From: an uncultured Desulfurococcaceae archaeon
GTDB lineage: Archaea > Thermoproteota > Thermoprotei_A > Sulfolobales > NBVN01
Length of the DNA stretch: 64,000 nt
Assembly: GCA_964655125.1 (NCBI GenBank)
Contig: CAZZLT010000021.1
Span: 8,078-72,077 of the forward strand
Direction of reading: 5' to 3'
Shown: piece by piece, positions 20,129 to 29,848 of the stretch
Layout of the letters: the number at the start of each line of letters is the position of its first letter
Numbering within the stretch: position 1 is the first letter of the stretch
Made by a program: the position numbers and the translations under genes
The notes under the pieces: generated by a model
What the model was told of the DNA's origin: nothing
What the model saw: the letters and a program-made list of their open reading frames with translations, nothing else
Database searches by the model: none

Positions 20129-21379
20129 CTAGGATATGAGTGAGTCTTTAATAGTTGATGAGCCCTTAACAACTTTATTAGGCCATACCTTAGAGTTAAT
20201 TATACTGACGTTATCACCTACAACTACGTTATTACCTACTACACTATCCTCAATAGTTACGTTACTACCTATCCTTACATGCCTACCAACTATACTATTA
20301 ACTACCCTACTCCTACTACCTATGAAACACCTATCCATAACTACAGAATCCTCAATAACTACACCATCACCTACTATAGTGTAGTGGTCTATAACTGAAT
20401 TCGTTATCCTAACCTTACTACCTAAGGAGATATGCCTACCTAATAGTATATCACCTTCTAATATCAGGTCACCAACACCTAACCTATCTATTATTGACTT
20501 ACGTAATATCCTAGAGAGTTGTCTCCTACCCATAAACCTAATACTGTAGTGTACGTAGTCTACCTCCATCTCCTCAGGACTTAACACTTTAAGTAGGTAG
20601 AATACAGCTTCCTTATAAGATTCAGGAGTACCTATATCAAACCAATACCCCCTATACACATACCCGTAAACACTATAACCATACTCTATCAACTTAGGTA
20701 TTACATGCCTACCGAAATCTAACTCACCACGTTCAAGTAATTTCTTACCTACGCCGTAGTTGAAGAAATCCCTAAACTGTGGTGATAGTAGGTATATACC
20801 GGTATTTACTAGTCTTGAAGGTGCTTCCGACGGACTCGGCTTCTCTACAAACTTCTTAATCCTATAATCACTACATAACTCAGCAACACCGTAATGTCTT
20901 AACCTCTCAACATCTTCTATCTCCTTCAAAACTATAGTCATGTATGAGTCCTTAACGTTATGGTACGCCCATAAATCACTTAAGTCTACGTCGAAGACTA
21001 TATCACCCTGAACAACAAGTACGTGATCACGTATATCGTAGTAATCCATTAAAATCTTAACAGATTCAGCATTACCTCTAGACTCTACATTAGGTTGATA
21101 CCTAATTCTAACCTCATCATCCTTAAGCCCTAACCTATGAGTAATACGTTCACCACTACCGAGATAATCAAATAACCCAGTATAATTTACATAACCACTA
21201 ACCCCTAAGTAAAACTCCCTAATACCCTGCTTAGCTAACTTAAATATTGTGAGCTCTATTAACGGCTTATTTAAGAATCTAATCATAGCTTTTGAAGTAT
21301 CTACCGTTAACGGGTATAATCTAGTGCCTAAACCCCCTATAGGTATGATTGCCTTAGAGAGTGGAAATTTAACAGTAAT
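20129..21379 (-). CDS. sugar-1-phosphate nucleotidyltransferase with C-terminal left-handed beta-helix (GlgC-like context)
   Basis: The track ORF starts at ATG 21286. The same frame stays open upstream to 21379 and encodes KAIIPIGGLGTRLYPLT, the essential G-rich NTP loop. The only start candidate there is ATT directly after TAG. Confidence 0.7.
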   Translation of the reverse strand: MTVKFPLSKAIIPIGGLGTRLYPLTVDTSKAMIRFLNKPLIELTIFKLAKQGIREFYLGVSGYVNYTGLFDYLGSGERITHRLGLKDDEVRIRYQPNVESRGNAESVKILMDYYDIRDHVLVVQGDIVFDVDLSDLWAYHNVKDSYMTIVLKEIEDVERLRHYGVAELCSDYRIKKFVEKPSPSEAPSRLVNTGIYLLSPQFRDFFNYGVGKKLLERGELDFGRHVIPKLIEYGYSVYGYVYRGYWFDIGTPESYKEAVFYLLKVLSPEEMEVDYVHYSIRFMGRRQLSRILRKSIIDRLGVGDLILEGDILLGRHISLGSKVRITNSVIDHYTIVGDGVVIEDSVVMDRCFIGSRSRVVNSIVGRHVRIGSNVTIEDSVVGNNVVVGDNVSIINSKVWPNKVVKGSSTIKDSLIS

Positions 21380-21469
21380 CTACTCCCTAATAAGTATATG
21401 TTGAAGGAGCTTATAAATATTAAGTCATTATGTTTAATAATTTAATAGTACTTACTTAACGGTGGGTTA

Positions 21470-23050
21470 GTGGTTAAGGTATGGTTACTTACGTTTGAAT
21501 TGGATGGTCTTGCTAGGGTTGGGGGTTTAGGTAGAGCTGTACGTATGTTTGCTAAAGCCCTCTCTAGAAGGGGTTTAGATGTTACGGTCTTCATACCCTC
21601 CCACGGTAGGCATCTCTCAGAGGATTATAGGAGGGTATGTGGTTTGAGGAGTGTTGACGGGTTTAGTGTTAGGGGGTTTAGGAGGGGTGTTGACGGTAAT
21701 CTCTACCCCTACTACGTAGGGGCTGAGGAGGGCTTCGTAGATGGTGTGAGGTTTATAATTTTTAAGGGGTTAGACTACGAGACAGGTAGGTTTTTAGATT
21801 CTTGGAATATCTACGAGAACTTACCTGAGAAGGTATGCCTATATACTAGAGCTTTAAGACATTGGATTGAGTTCACTAATGAATTACCAGACATCATACA
21901 TTCTAATGACTGGACCTCAGGTTTAGCTGGAGTCCTACTTAGGATGTACTTAGAGAAGAGAGGTTATAGAGTACCGCATCTACACTCCATACACTTACTC
22001 TCATCACCTTCATTCCCATGGCATTACGCATCTGAGGATTGGTGTGGACTTCCGAACACCCTACATAAAGTGTGGGTTGGGTATAGACATGAGCTACGTA
22101 TGACTCAGGAAGTCTGGGATTCAGTACACGGTAACGTAGATGGTTTCACAATACTTGAAGCTGATGCAGTATCAAGTAATAGTTACGGTTATCTGAAGGA
22201 AATACTGAATGCGTTCGGTACTTGGTTAGAACCGAAGACATGTGTCATTCATAACGTAACTGATTGGAGTGTTAGTGATGTTGAGGGGATAGCTACTAGA
22301 TATGTTGGGAGTACTTCTAGAACCCATGTTAGGAAGTACGTAATTGACTTCTTCAAAAAATTTGAAGGTGTTAAATATGGTGAGTTACGTAACGTTGATA
22401 AACTCATAGTAACCTCTGGTAGGTTAACATGGCAGAAGGGGTTCGACATACTCATAAAGGCTTTAGACTACATAGACGGTAGTATAGGCTTGTTAATCAG
22501 TAGTATTAGTGTTGGTGATAGAGGGTTTGAAGAATTAATTAGTAGGTTAGTTAGTGAGAGGTGGGGAAGGGTCTTAATAACTTACTCATTAATCCCTGAA
22601 GACATACTTAAGTTAACGATATACTCAGCAAATGTTTATGTAGCCCCGTCAAGGTATGAACCCTTCGGCTTAGTATCTATTGAAGCTCAAGCATTAGGTA
22701 CTCCAGTAGTAGCTTCTAATGTTGGTGGATTACCTGAGACTATATTAGATATTAGGTATAGTGTTGAGGGTAGTGGGACTTTAGTATCTATAGATGATTT
22801 ATGGGGTTTAGCAAGTACTGTAGAGTCTATAGTATTTACTACGGAGGCTAGAGATACATTAAGTCCTGAACTAATATATAGAGTTAGGGTTGAATGGATT
22901 AGAGATTTACTGATGAGGAATCCAGACCTAGACATCAGGTTAAACGCTGTTAGGTGGGTAGATAAGAAATTCAGAATTGATAATCTATCTGAGATGTTAC
23001 TTAATTGTTATGAGAAAGCTAAGTTATACTCATACTACAGCACACTTTAG
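21470..23050 (+). CDS. glgA: glycogen synthase (GT5)
   Basis: KVWLLTFELDGLARVGGLG N-terminal motif and EPFGLVSIEAQALGTPVVASNVGG. Confidence 0.85.
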   Translation: MVKVWLLTFELDGLARVGGLGRAVRMFAKALSRRGLDVTVFIPSHGRHLSEDYRRVCGLRSVDGFSVRGFRRGVDGNLYPYYVGAEEGFVDGVRFIIFKGLDYETGRFLDSWNIYENLPEKVCLYTRALRHWIEFTNELPDIIHSNDWTSGLAGVLLRMYLEKRGYRVPHLHSIHLLSSPSFPWHYASEDWCGLPNTLHKVWVGYRHELRMTQEVWDSVHGNVDGFTILEADAVSSNSYGYLKEILNAFGTWLEPKTCVIHNVTDWSVSDVEGIATRYVGSTSRTHVRKYVIDFFKKFEGVKYGELRNVDKLIVTSGRLTWQKGFDILIKALDYIDGSIGLLISSISVGDRGFEELISRLVSERWGRVLITYSLIPEDILKLTIYSANVYVAPSRYEPFGLVSIEAQALGTPVVASNVGGLPETILDIRYSVEGSGTLVSIDDLWGLASTVESIVFTTEARDTLSPELIYRVRVEWIRDLLMRNPDLDIRLNAVRWVDKKFRIDNLSEMLLNCYEKAKLYSYYSTL

Positions 23051-23061
23051 CGGGGTTTAAT

Positions 23062-24543
23062 ATGAAGTTACCTATATATAAATTCAGACCTGTGTCTGGG
23101 GCTGAATGGGGTTCTGGAGGTATCTTCGGTTTAAAATATCATATGGGGGTACTATACTTCACATTATCATTTGATGCTAAGGCATACTTCTTCAGAGATG
23201 ATACGTTCAGAAGGTATGACTTCGATTTAGTAGGTCCTGAACCTAGGTCTGGAGGTGATACATACAATGCTGTTGAGGTAGTAGATAATAAGATATTCTT
23301 TGGTGGGTGGGTCCATAGTCCAGTAAGGTATAAGGTTATGGATAAGTACTTAACTATAGACTTCTCCAACAAGTACTCACACCTACATCAGTATGACGTA
23401 TATGAGGACAGAGTAACCCTACTATGGAAGGAGAGTACTGGTTTAGAGAATGAGTGGGTTGGTGAGGTATCATCAATTACTTACGACCCAGTAAATGATG
23501 GTTTACTAATATCTAGAGCTGATGGTAGTAGGTCTTTAGGCGTCTTCAGATTTAACTTAAGAGAGGAGAAGATGGAGTTAGTAAGTGATAAGCCAAGTCT
23601 TAAGAGTTCTATAATGAGTGATTCAGTATGTTTCGACGTATCAATAGGTATTAACGGTATATACGGTATTCAATGTCTAGACCTGATTAGGAATTCATGG
23701 AGTTTTAGATGGTTTTCAGATGATTTAAAGGATATATCAGTTGATGGTGAAGGTGTTTTAAGACCTATACAGGTAGGTTCTATAGCTTCAGCCTACGGTA
23801 GGTTATTCATCTTCGTTAGAGGTGGTGTAATTGTTTGGGATCCTTCAGAGGAAGTAGGTAATGACTTACACTTCGTAAGACTCTACGACTTCTGTAGGAA
23901 GGATTACGGACCTGTAAGGACTAATCACGTAGTAGTCGGTGGAGGTATAGTAATACCATTCAACGCATACCCACACGGTATCTTAAGAATTGTTAAGGAC
24001 GAACTTAAATGGATAGCTAAGAATATTAACTACATACCCGTAAGTACTAACTTACTGTATATAACACCACCTAATGTTAGAGTACTAACATCATTAGGTG
24101 CTCGTATAACTTCAGTAGAACATATAGGTAGTGAGTTAGTGTTAGGTGCTAACACAATGGCTAATTTAGGTATATACGACGCTACACCATTCGATGTCGG
24201 TGAGAGGGAGTTACTATTCCTCAACATAGACTCAATACTAACTACAAACCCACCATCAACTACTATAAAAGTGTTAGGTAGTGTTGTAGGTAATAACGCT
24301 TGGGGTGGGATACCAATTAACAACTATAGGAAAGCTACGTTACATATGAAAACATCTAAAGATAATAAACTCAAGATCTACGAATATGATTTAGGGCTAC
24401 CCCCAACACTACATAACGTAGACCTCATCGATGTTAAAGTAGGTAAGAACTCCGTAGACCTCAGTAACTACAATAACTTAATCTCATTTAAGTTTGAGGT
24501 AGAAGACCCTAACGCTGAAGTCTATATAATCCTTAAGAATTAG
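23062..24543 (+). CDS. conserved hypothetical protein, probable beta-rich/propeller-like, co-transcribed with glgA
   Basis: 493-aa ORF 11 nt after the glgA stop with typical coding composition. I recognise no catalytic motif. Confidence 0.6.
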   Translation: MKLPIYKFRPVSGAEWGSGGIFGLKYHMGVLYFTLSFDAKAYFFRDDTFRRYDFDLVGPEPRSGGDTYNAVEVVDNKIFFGGWVHSPVRYKVMDKYLTIDFSNKYSHLHQYDVYEDRVTLLWKESTGLENEWVGEVSSITYDPVNDGLLISRADGSRSLGVFRFNLREEKMELVSDKPSLKSSIMSDSVCFDVSIGINGIYGIQCLDLIRNSWSFRWFSDDLKDISVDGEGVLRPIQVGSIASAYGRLFIFVRGGVIVWDPSEEVGNDLHFVRLYDFCRKDYGPVRTNHVVVGGGIVIPFNAYPHGILRIVKDELKWIAKNINYIPVSTNLLYITPPNVRVLTSLGARITSVEHIGSELVLGANTMANLGIYDATPFDVGERELLFLNIDSILTTNPPSTTIKVLGSVVGNNAWGGIPINNYRKATLHMKTSKDNKLKIYEYDLGLPPTLHNVDLIDVKVGKNSVDLSNYNNLISFKFEVEDPNAEVYIILKN

Positions 24544-24707
24544 TAGTTGTTAGGAATTATCCTAACTATACTATTAAGAAATAACTTATACTAGGTTAGA
24601 ATTACGTTAGTCCTAATAAAGTTACTTAAGTATTATACTTTGAAAACTACTTTAGTATGTGTAAAGTTTTTAAATCTATACCTACATATATAATATCGGT
24701 GTTATGT

Positions 24708-25262
24708 ATGGTTAAACCCATGACTAAGGATGCATTACTATCAGCTTTTGGCGGTGAGTCAATGGCTCATATGAGGTATCTAATATTTGCTGATACTGCT
24801 GAGAGGGAGGGATTCCTAAATATTGCTAAGTTATTTAGAGCTATTGCCTACTCAGAACAAGTACATGCAACTAATCACTACAGAGCTTTAAGAGAATATA
24901 ATGAGGATGCTAAGGTTGTTGCAGGAGCTCCTATAGGTCCTGGTAATACCTTAAAGAATCTAGACTTAGCTATCAGAGGTGAGGAGTTTGAAATTACTGA
25001 GATGTATCCAGTATATTTAGAACTTGCTAAGTATCAAGGTGAGAGGGAAGCTGAAAGGAGTTTTAACTTTGCTTACCAAGCAGAGAAGATACATGAACAA
25101 CTATATAGAGAGGCAAAAAGCTACGTAGAGAAAGGTCAGGACTGGCCTCTTAAGGGGAAGGTCTGGATATGTTCTGTCTGTGGACATACCTACGTAGGGG
25201 ATGAACCACCTGAGAAATGCCCTATATGTGGTGTACCTAAGAACAAGTATGTAGGTTTTTAA
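24708..25262 (+). CDS. rubrerythrin
   Basis: Diiron ferritin-like motifs (GESMAHMRY, SEQVHATNH, GEEFEITEMY, AEKIHEQ) plus a C-terminal rubredoxin-like CSVCG...CPICG. Start trimmed to ATG 24708, downstream of the TTTTTAAAT box. Confidence 0.85.
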   Translation: MVKPMTKDALLSAFGGESMAHMRYLIFADTAEREGFLNIAKLFRAIAYSEQVHATNHYRALREYNEDAKVVAGAPIGPGNTLKNLDLAIRGEEFEITEMYPVYLELAKYQGEREAERSFNFAYQAEKIHEQLYREAKSYVEKGQDWPLKGKVWICSVCGHTYVGDEPPEKCPICGVPKNKYVGF

Positions 25263-25411
25263 ACACTAAATAAATTTTCAATCTTTTTAGATAGGGTACC
25301 TCTACTAAGTGATCATTATACTATACCTTACTTAAAATGTCTACTGGTTAGATATACATATATAATATAAATATATATCTATAATACCTAATATTTATTA
25401 GGTGTTTAGGT

Positions 25412-26419
25412 ATGAGTGATATTAGGTCTGAGGTTCGTACGTTACAGAGGGTTGGGAGTTCATTAGCTATCTACCTCCCTAAGGAGTGGTGTGAAATTAA
25501 TAAATTATCTAAGGGTTCTAAAGTTACTTTAAGGTATTCAGATAATTTCTTATGTTTAGAGCTTGAGGAGCTTAGTAAGTCTGTACGTAAGGAGCTAACA
25601 TTTGATATAACTTCATTATCTGAAGATGTTTTGAAGTACCTACTCATCTCTCTATACATAATAGGCTACGACTTCGTGAAGTTAGTATCACGTAAGAAGA
25701 TAAGCCTACCTCTAAGGAGGTACTTACTCTCAATGCTTCGATACACATCTAAGTATGAGGTTATTGAGGAAGGTGAGAATTACATAGTGGTTGGTGGTGT
25801 AGGTAGTACTGATAACGTTGTAGATGCCTTAAGACGTGAATTCAATGCAGTTTCTACAGTCTTTAAGTACGCTATAGAAGCTCTTGAAGGAGGGCCTAAG
25901 ACATTAGATGAGTATTATGACGCTATAAATGAATTAGATGATGATGTTGATAAGGCTCAGATAGAGGTTGAAAGAGCTACATATAAACTAATTGAGAAAC
26001 CATACATTAGCTCAGAACTCATACATGTCATCCCAGCAACTATAATATCAATATACCTTGAGAGACTCTCAGACCATTTAGTACTAATTGTAAGGGAAGT
26101 ACCTAGAGACTTCCCTAACATCAGTAAGTTAATTACATACTTACGTGAGTTTAATAAGAGTTATACAGCGTTGTATGAGGTCTTCAATAAGATAAACACT
26201 AGAAGTTACAGCATATCTGAGATTAACCATGTGTTAGAGGAGTTAGTACGTATTATAGAGAGTAAGAGAGTTGTGAGAGAAGAACTTACTAAGTCATTCC
26301 ACGAACAAGGTCATGAATTAATAACCTACCATGTAGTTAGGATTTATGGACTCTTAACAGATATAGCAGAGGTATTAGTTGATATGCTAACAGAATCATT
26401 TATAAAGTCAAAGTCATAA
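25412..26419 (+). CDS. AbrB/SpoVT-domain plus PhoU-like regulator
   Basis: N-terminal VGSSLAIYLPKEWCEINKLSKGSKV (AbrB-like swapped hairpin) followed by a long helical PhoU-like repeat region. Confidence 0.68.
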   Translation: MSDIRSEVRTLQRVGSSLAIYLPKEWCEINKLSKGSKVTLRYSDNFLCLELEELSKSVRKELTFDITSLSEDVLKYLLISLYIIGYDFVKLVSRKKISLPLRRYLLSMLRYTSKYEVIEEGENYIVVGGVGSTDNVVDALRREFNAVSTVFKYAIEALEGGPKTLDEYYDAINELDDDVDKAQIEVERATYKLIEKPYISSELIHVIPATIISIYLERLSDHLVLIVREVPRDFPNISKLITYLREFNKSYTALYEVFNKINTRSYSISEINHVLEELVRIIESKRVVREELTKSFHEQGHELITYHVVRIYGLLTDIAEVLVDMLTESFIKSKS

Positions 26420-26534
26420 CTCCAAACAACTCTATATACTCAATAATATTTGTAAATTCATGAATATTCAATAAATATTTAAATATATATAAAACTTAAG
26501 AACAATATAGTAAGATATTATCATAGGTGATAAG

Positions 26535-26630
26535 ATGAATACTAAATGGGTAATAACTTTAGTAGTGTTAAGTGAGGCTGTCGCAAGTATAACATTAGTA
26601 GTGTTAGGACTACTAAACTCTATAACTTAA
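26535..26630 (+). CDS. possible 31-aa hydrophobic small protein
   Basis: ATG preceded by GGTGAT at -9..-4 (SD-like). Encodes MNTKWVITLVVLSEAVASITLVVLGLLNSIT, one predicted TM span with an internal TLVVL repeat. Confidence 0.3.
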   Translation: MNTKWVITLVVLSEAVASITLVVLGLLNSIT

Positions 26631-26798
26631 CCTGTTTTAATAATAGGTTAGAGGATCTTAAGACATTAATGAGTTTGAAGTTTATTAAATTACTAATAGT
26701 AATTTAGGCAACATTAATAAAATCCTTATATTTAATATTGATATGATTATGAAGTTATTAACCATAACTTAATATTTTATTATCGGTGGTTATTATAG

Positions 26799-27365
26799 AT
26801 TGAGGTTAGATGGCATGGTAGGGGTGGTCAGGGAGTTTGGACTGTTAGTAACCTTCTAGCTGAGGCAGCTATTAGGGAGGGTAAGTACGCACAGTCATTC
26901 CCGACTTTCGGACCTGAGAGGATGGGAGCACCTATAGCTGCATTTACTAGGATATCTGATAGTGAGATTGAGATTCATTCAGATATTTACGAACCTGATG
27001 TTGTGGTAGTGTTGGATTCGACGTTAGTTGGTTATGAAGATTTCGTAAGTGGTTTGAAGAGTGGTGGTATCCTACTAATTAATTTTAAGGTAGATACTGA
27101 TTTAGGTATGTTAAGTAAGCTTATTGGTAAGGATTTAAGTTCATATGAGGTCTATGTAGTACCAGCTACTGAGTTAGCTTTAAAGATTTTAGGTAGGGGT
27201 ATAACTAATACAGCTATGTTAGGTGCTTTACTTAATACTACACCAGTAGTTAGTCTTGAGAGTATTGAGGAGGTTATTAGGGAGAGGTTTAAGGGTCCTA
27301 TAGCTGAGAAGAATGTAAAGGTTATGAGGGAAGCTTATAGGTGTGTTAGACATGTCGGGAAGTGA
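26799..27365 (+). CDS. porG: pyruvate/2-oxoacid:ferredoxin oxidoreductase gamma subunit
   Basis: The track ORF starts at 26922. The frame is open from 26799 and encodes IEVRWHGRGGQGVWTVSNLLAEAAIREGKYAQSFPTFGPER, the conserved PorG N-terminus. Codon 26799-26801 is ATT directly after TAG. Confidence 0.8.
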   Translation: MEVRWHGRGGQGVWTVSNLLAEAAIREGKYAQSFPTFGPERMGAPIAAFTRISDSEIEIHSDIYEPDVVVVLDSTLVGYEDFVSGLKSGGILLINFKVDTDLGMLSKLIGKDLSSYEVYVVPATELALKILGRGITNTAMLGALLNTTPVVSLESIEEVIRERFKGPIAEKNVKVMREAYRCVRHVGK

Positions 27366-27645
27366 GTTTGTTAGGGAGTTACCTCAAGTACCGACGACTG
27401 TTAAATTATCAACTGAACTTAAGACTGGTTCTTGGAGGTCTTACAGACCTGTAGTAGACCTCGGTAAATGCGTTAAATGCCTTATATGTTGGGTTTACTG
27501 TCCTGAATCAAGTATTAGATGGGATGGTAGTTCTGTAAGTGTAGATTATGACTTCTGTAAGGGTTGTGGGATATGTGCTCATGAATGTCCTGTTAAAGCT
27601 ATAGTTATGGTTCCTGAGGGTGGGGGTTATGAAGGTAGTAGGTGA
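27343..27645 (+). CDS. porD: pyruvate:ferredoxin oxidoreductase delta subunit (2x 4Fe-4S)
   Basis: CVKCLICWVYCP and CKGCGICAHECP. Confidence 0.85.
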   Translation: MLDMSGSEFVRELPQVPTTVKLSTELKTGSWRSYRPVVDLGKCVKCLICWVYCPESSIRWDGSSVSVDYDFCKGCGICAHECPVKAIVMVPEGGGYEGSR

Positions 27646-28858
27646 GGTTAGAGCTTTAAACGGTGATGAAGCAGTAGCTTACGCTGTTAAGCAATGTAAT
27701 GTTGATGTAATCTCAGCATACCCAATAACACCTCAGACAATAATTGTTGAGAGGTTATCTGAGTACGTAGCTAATGGTGAGATACATGCTGAGTATGTAA
27801 ATGTAGAATCTGAACACTCAGCACTTAGTACATGTATTGGTGCTGCAGCGGCTGGTGCTAGGACATTCACAGCAACATCATCTCAAGGCCTAGCACTGAT
27901 GTGGGAGTTACTCTACATAGCCTCAGGTCTTAGACTACCTATAGTTATGGCTGTAGTTAATAGAGCTCTATCAGCACCTATAAACATACACTGCGATCAT
28001 AGTGATTCTATAGGTACTAGAGATTCAGGTTGGATTCAATTCTATGTAGAGAACTCTCAAGAAGCTTACGATACCGTGATACAGGCATTTAAAATAGCTG
28101 AACATCCAGATATTCAACTACCAGTTATGATTAATTTAGATGGGTTCTACCTAAGTCATACCTTAGAGAATGTGAGGGTATTACCAGATGATGTAGTGAG
28201 TGGGTTCGTAGGGTTTAGAAAACCTGTTAAGGTATGGGTACCATACCTAGGTAAGGAGGTTCCTGCAGTACTTGACGGCTACACACCTATCTCATTAGGT
28301 ATTATAGCTCTATCAGACTACTACTACGAGTTTAAGATGATGGTTATTAAGGCTATGGAGAACGCTAGAGAAGTTATTAAGGAAGTGAGTAAGGAGTTCT
28401 CAGAGTTAAGTAGTAGGGTTTATAGTGATGGATTCCTAACACATTACGGTATTGAAGATGCTGAAGCTGTGTTAGTAGTTATGGGTTCTGCAGCTGGTAC
28501 TGTAAGGTACGTAGCTAGAGAGCTTAGGAAGAAGGGGTTGAAGGTAGGTGTTATTAGGTTAAGGACTTTCAGACCATTCCCATATGAGGAATTAACTAAG
28601 TTGTTAGAGAATGTTAAGGCTGTAGGCGTTATGGATAGAGCAGTATCTCCAGGAGCTTACGGTGCACCACTATTTAATGAGGTGAGGACAGCATTATATG
28701 ACTCTAGTAATAAGCCAGTAGTAGTTAATTACGTATACGGTATTGGTGGTAGGGATTTAAGCCCACATACTGTTAAGGAATTATATAGTGACTTACTAGA
28801 GATTGCTAGGGGTAAGAAACCATCAAATACTGTTAGGTATGTTGGGGTGAGGTTATGA
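27620..28858 (+). CDS. porA: pyruvate:ferredoxin oxidoreductase alpha subunit
   Basis: ALNGDEAVAYAVKQCNVDVISAYPITPQT is typical of PorA. Overlaps porD and porB. Confidence 0.9.
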   Translation: MGVMKVVGEVRALNGDEAVAYAVKQCNVDVISAYPITPQTIIVERLSEYVANGEIHAEYVNVESEHSALSTCIGAAAAGARTFTATSSQGLALMWELLYIASGLRLPIVMAVVNRALSAPINIHCDHSDSIGTRDSGWIQFYVENSQEAYDTVIQAFKIAEHPDIQLPVMINLDGFYLSHTLENVRVLPDDVVSGFVGFRKPVKVWVPYLGKEVPAVLDGYTPISLGIIALSDYYYEFKMMVIKAMENAREVIKEVSKEFSELSSRVYSDGFLTHYGIEDAEAVLVVMGSAAGTVRYVARELRKKGLKVGVIRLRTFRPFPYEELTKLLENVKAVGVMDRAVSPGAYGAPLFNEVRTALYDSSNKPVVVNYVYGIGGRDLSPHTVKELYSDLLEIARGKKPSNTVRYVGVRL

Positions 28859-29811
28859 GTACCTCAATAAATTTGAAGGAGTTAGCTAGGGAGAGCCCTA
28901 AACTACTTCCAGGACATAGACACTGTGCTGGGTGTGCAGTACCTATAGTAGTTAAGTTAGTCCTAGCAAGTGTTAAGGAGCCTGCTGTAGTGGTAACTGC
29001 TACAGGTTGTTTACAAGTAGCTACTACTATATTCCCGTATACTTCATGGTATATCCCATGGATACATAATGCGTTTGAGAATGCTGCAGCTACTGCTTCA
29101 GGTATTGAAGCAGCGTTTAAAGCTCTTAAGAAGAGGGGTGCTGTTAATGACGATAACGTTAATATTATAGTGTTCGGTGGTGATGGAGGTACTTACGATA
29201 TAGGATTCCAATCATTAAGTGGTGCTATTGAGAGAGGTCATAACTTCCTCTACATACTCTACGATAATGAAGCATACATGAACACAGGTATTCAGAGGAG
29301 TGGGGGTACACCATTCGGTGCGTGGACAACTACATCACCTGCAGGTAACGTAATTCCTGGGAAACCACAGCATAAGAAACCTATAGCTGATATAGTCGTA
29401 GCTCATAGAGCTCCATACGTAGCTACAGCTACACCAGCTCATTGGTTAGACCTCATGATGAAGGTTAGGAAGGCGTTAAGTATTAGAGGTCCTAAATTCA
29501 TACACGTGTTAACACCATGTCCACGTGGTTGGAGGTTTGACTCAAGTCTATCTATAGAAGTCTGTAGACTAGCTGTTGATACATGCTACTTCCCACTCTG
29601 GGAGTTTGAGAAGGGTGTTTGGAGATTAACTGATAGGAGTTTAGCGATTGTTAAGAACCCTAACCTGAAGAAACCTGTAGAGGAGTTCTTAAAGGTACAG
29701 GAGAGGTTTAGACATGCGTTAACTAAGGATACATACGTAGTTAAAGAACTTCAAGAGTATGTAGATAGTGTATGGAGTGACTTACTGAGGAGGGTAGGTA
29801 TTACTAGTTAA
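28855..29811 (+). CDS. porB: pyruvate:ferredoxin oxidoreductase beta subunit (TPP-binding)
   Basis: GHRHCAGC, GGDGGTYDIGFQSL, and NEAYMNTGIQRS TPP motif. Confidence 0.9.
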   Translation: MSTSINLKELARESPKLLPGHRHCAGCAVPIVVKLVLASVKEPAVVVTATGCLQVATTIFPYTSWYIPWIHNAFENAAATASGIEAAFKALKKRGAVNDDNVNIIVFGGDGGTYDIGFQSLSGAIERGHNFLYILYDNEAYMNTGIQRSGGTPFGAWTTTSPAGNVIPGKPQHKKPIADIVVAHRAPYVATATPAHWLDLMMKVRKALSIRGPKFIHVLTPCPRGWRFDSSLSIEVCRLAVDTCYFPLWEFEKGVWRLTDRSLAIVKNPNLKKPVEEFLKVQERFRHALTKDTYVVKELQEYVDSVWSDLLRRVGITS

Positions 29812-29848
29812 TCACTACAAGTTTTAAACCCCGATAACATTACATATA

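Noticed and set aside
24549-24566. A 7-bp stem with a 4-nt loop (GTTAGGA-ATTA-TCCTAAC) right after the stop of 23062..24543, considered as a terminator.
   Set aside because: Archaeal termination mainly relies on oligo-T tracts. A stem this short is expected by chance, and no T-run follows it.
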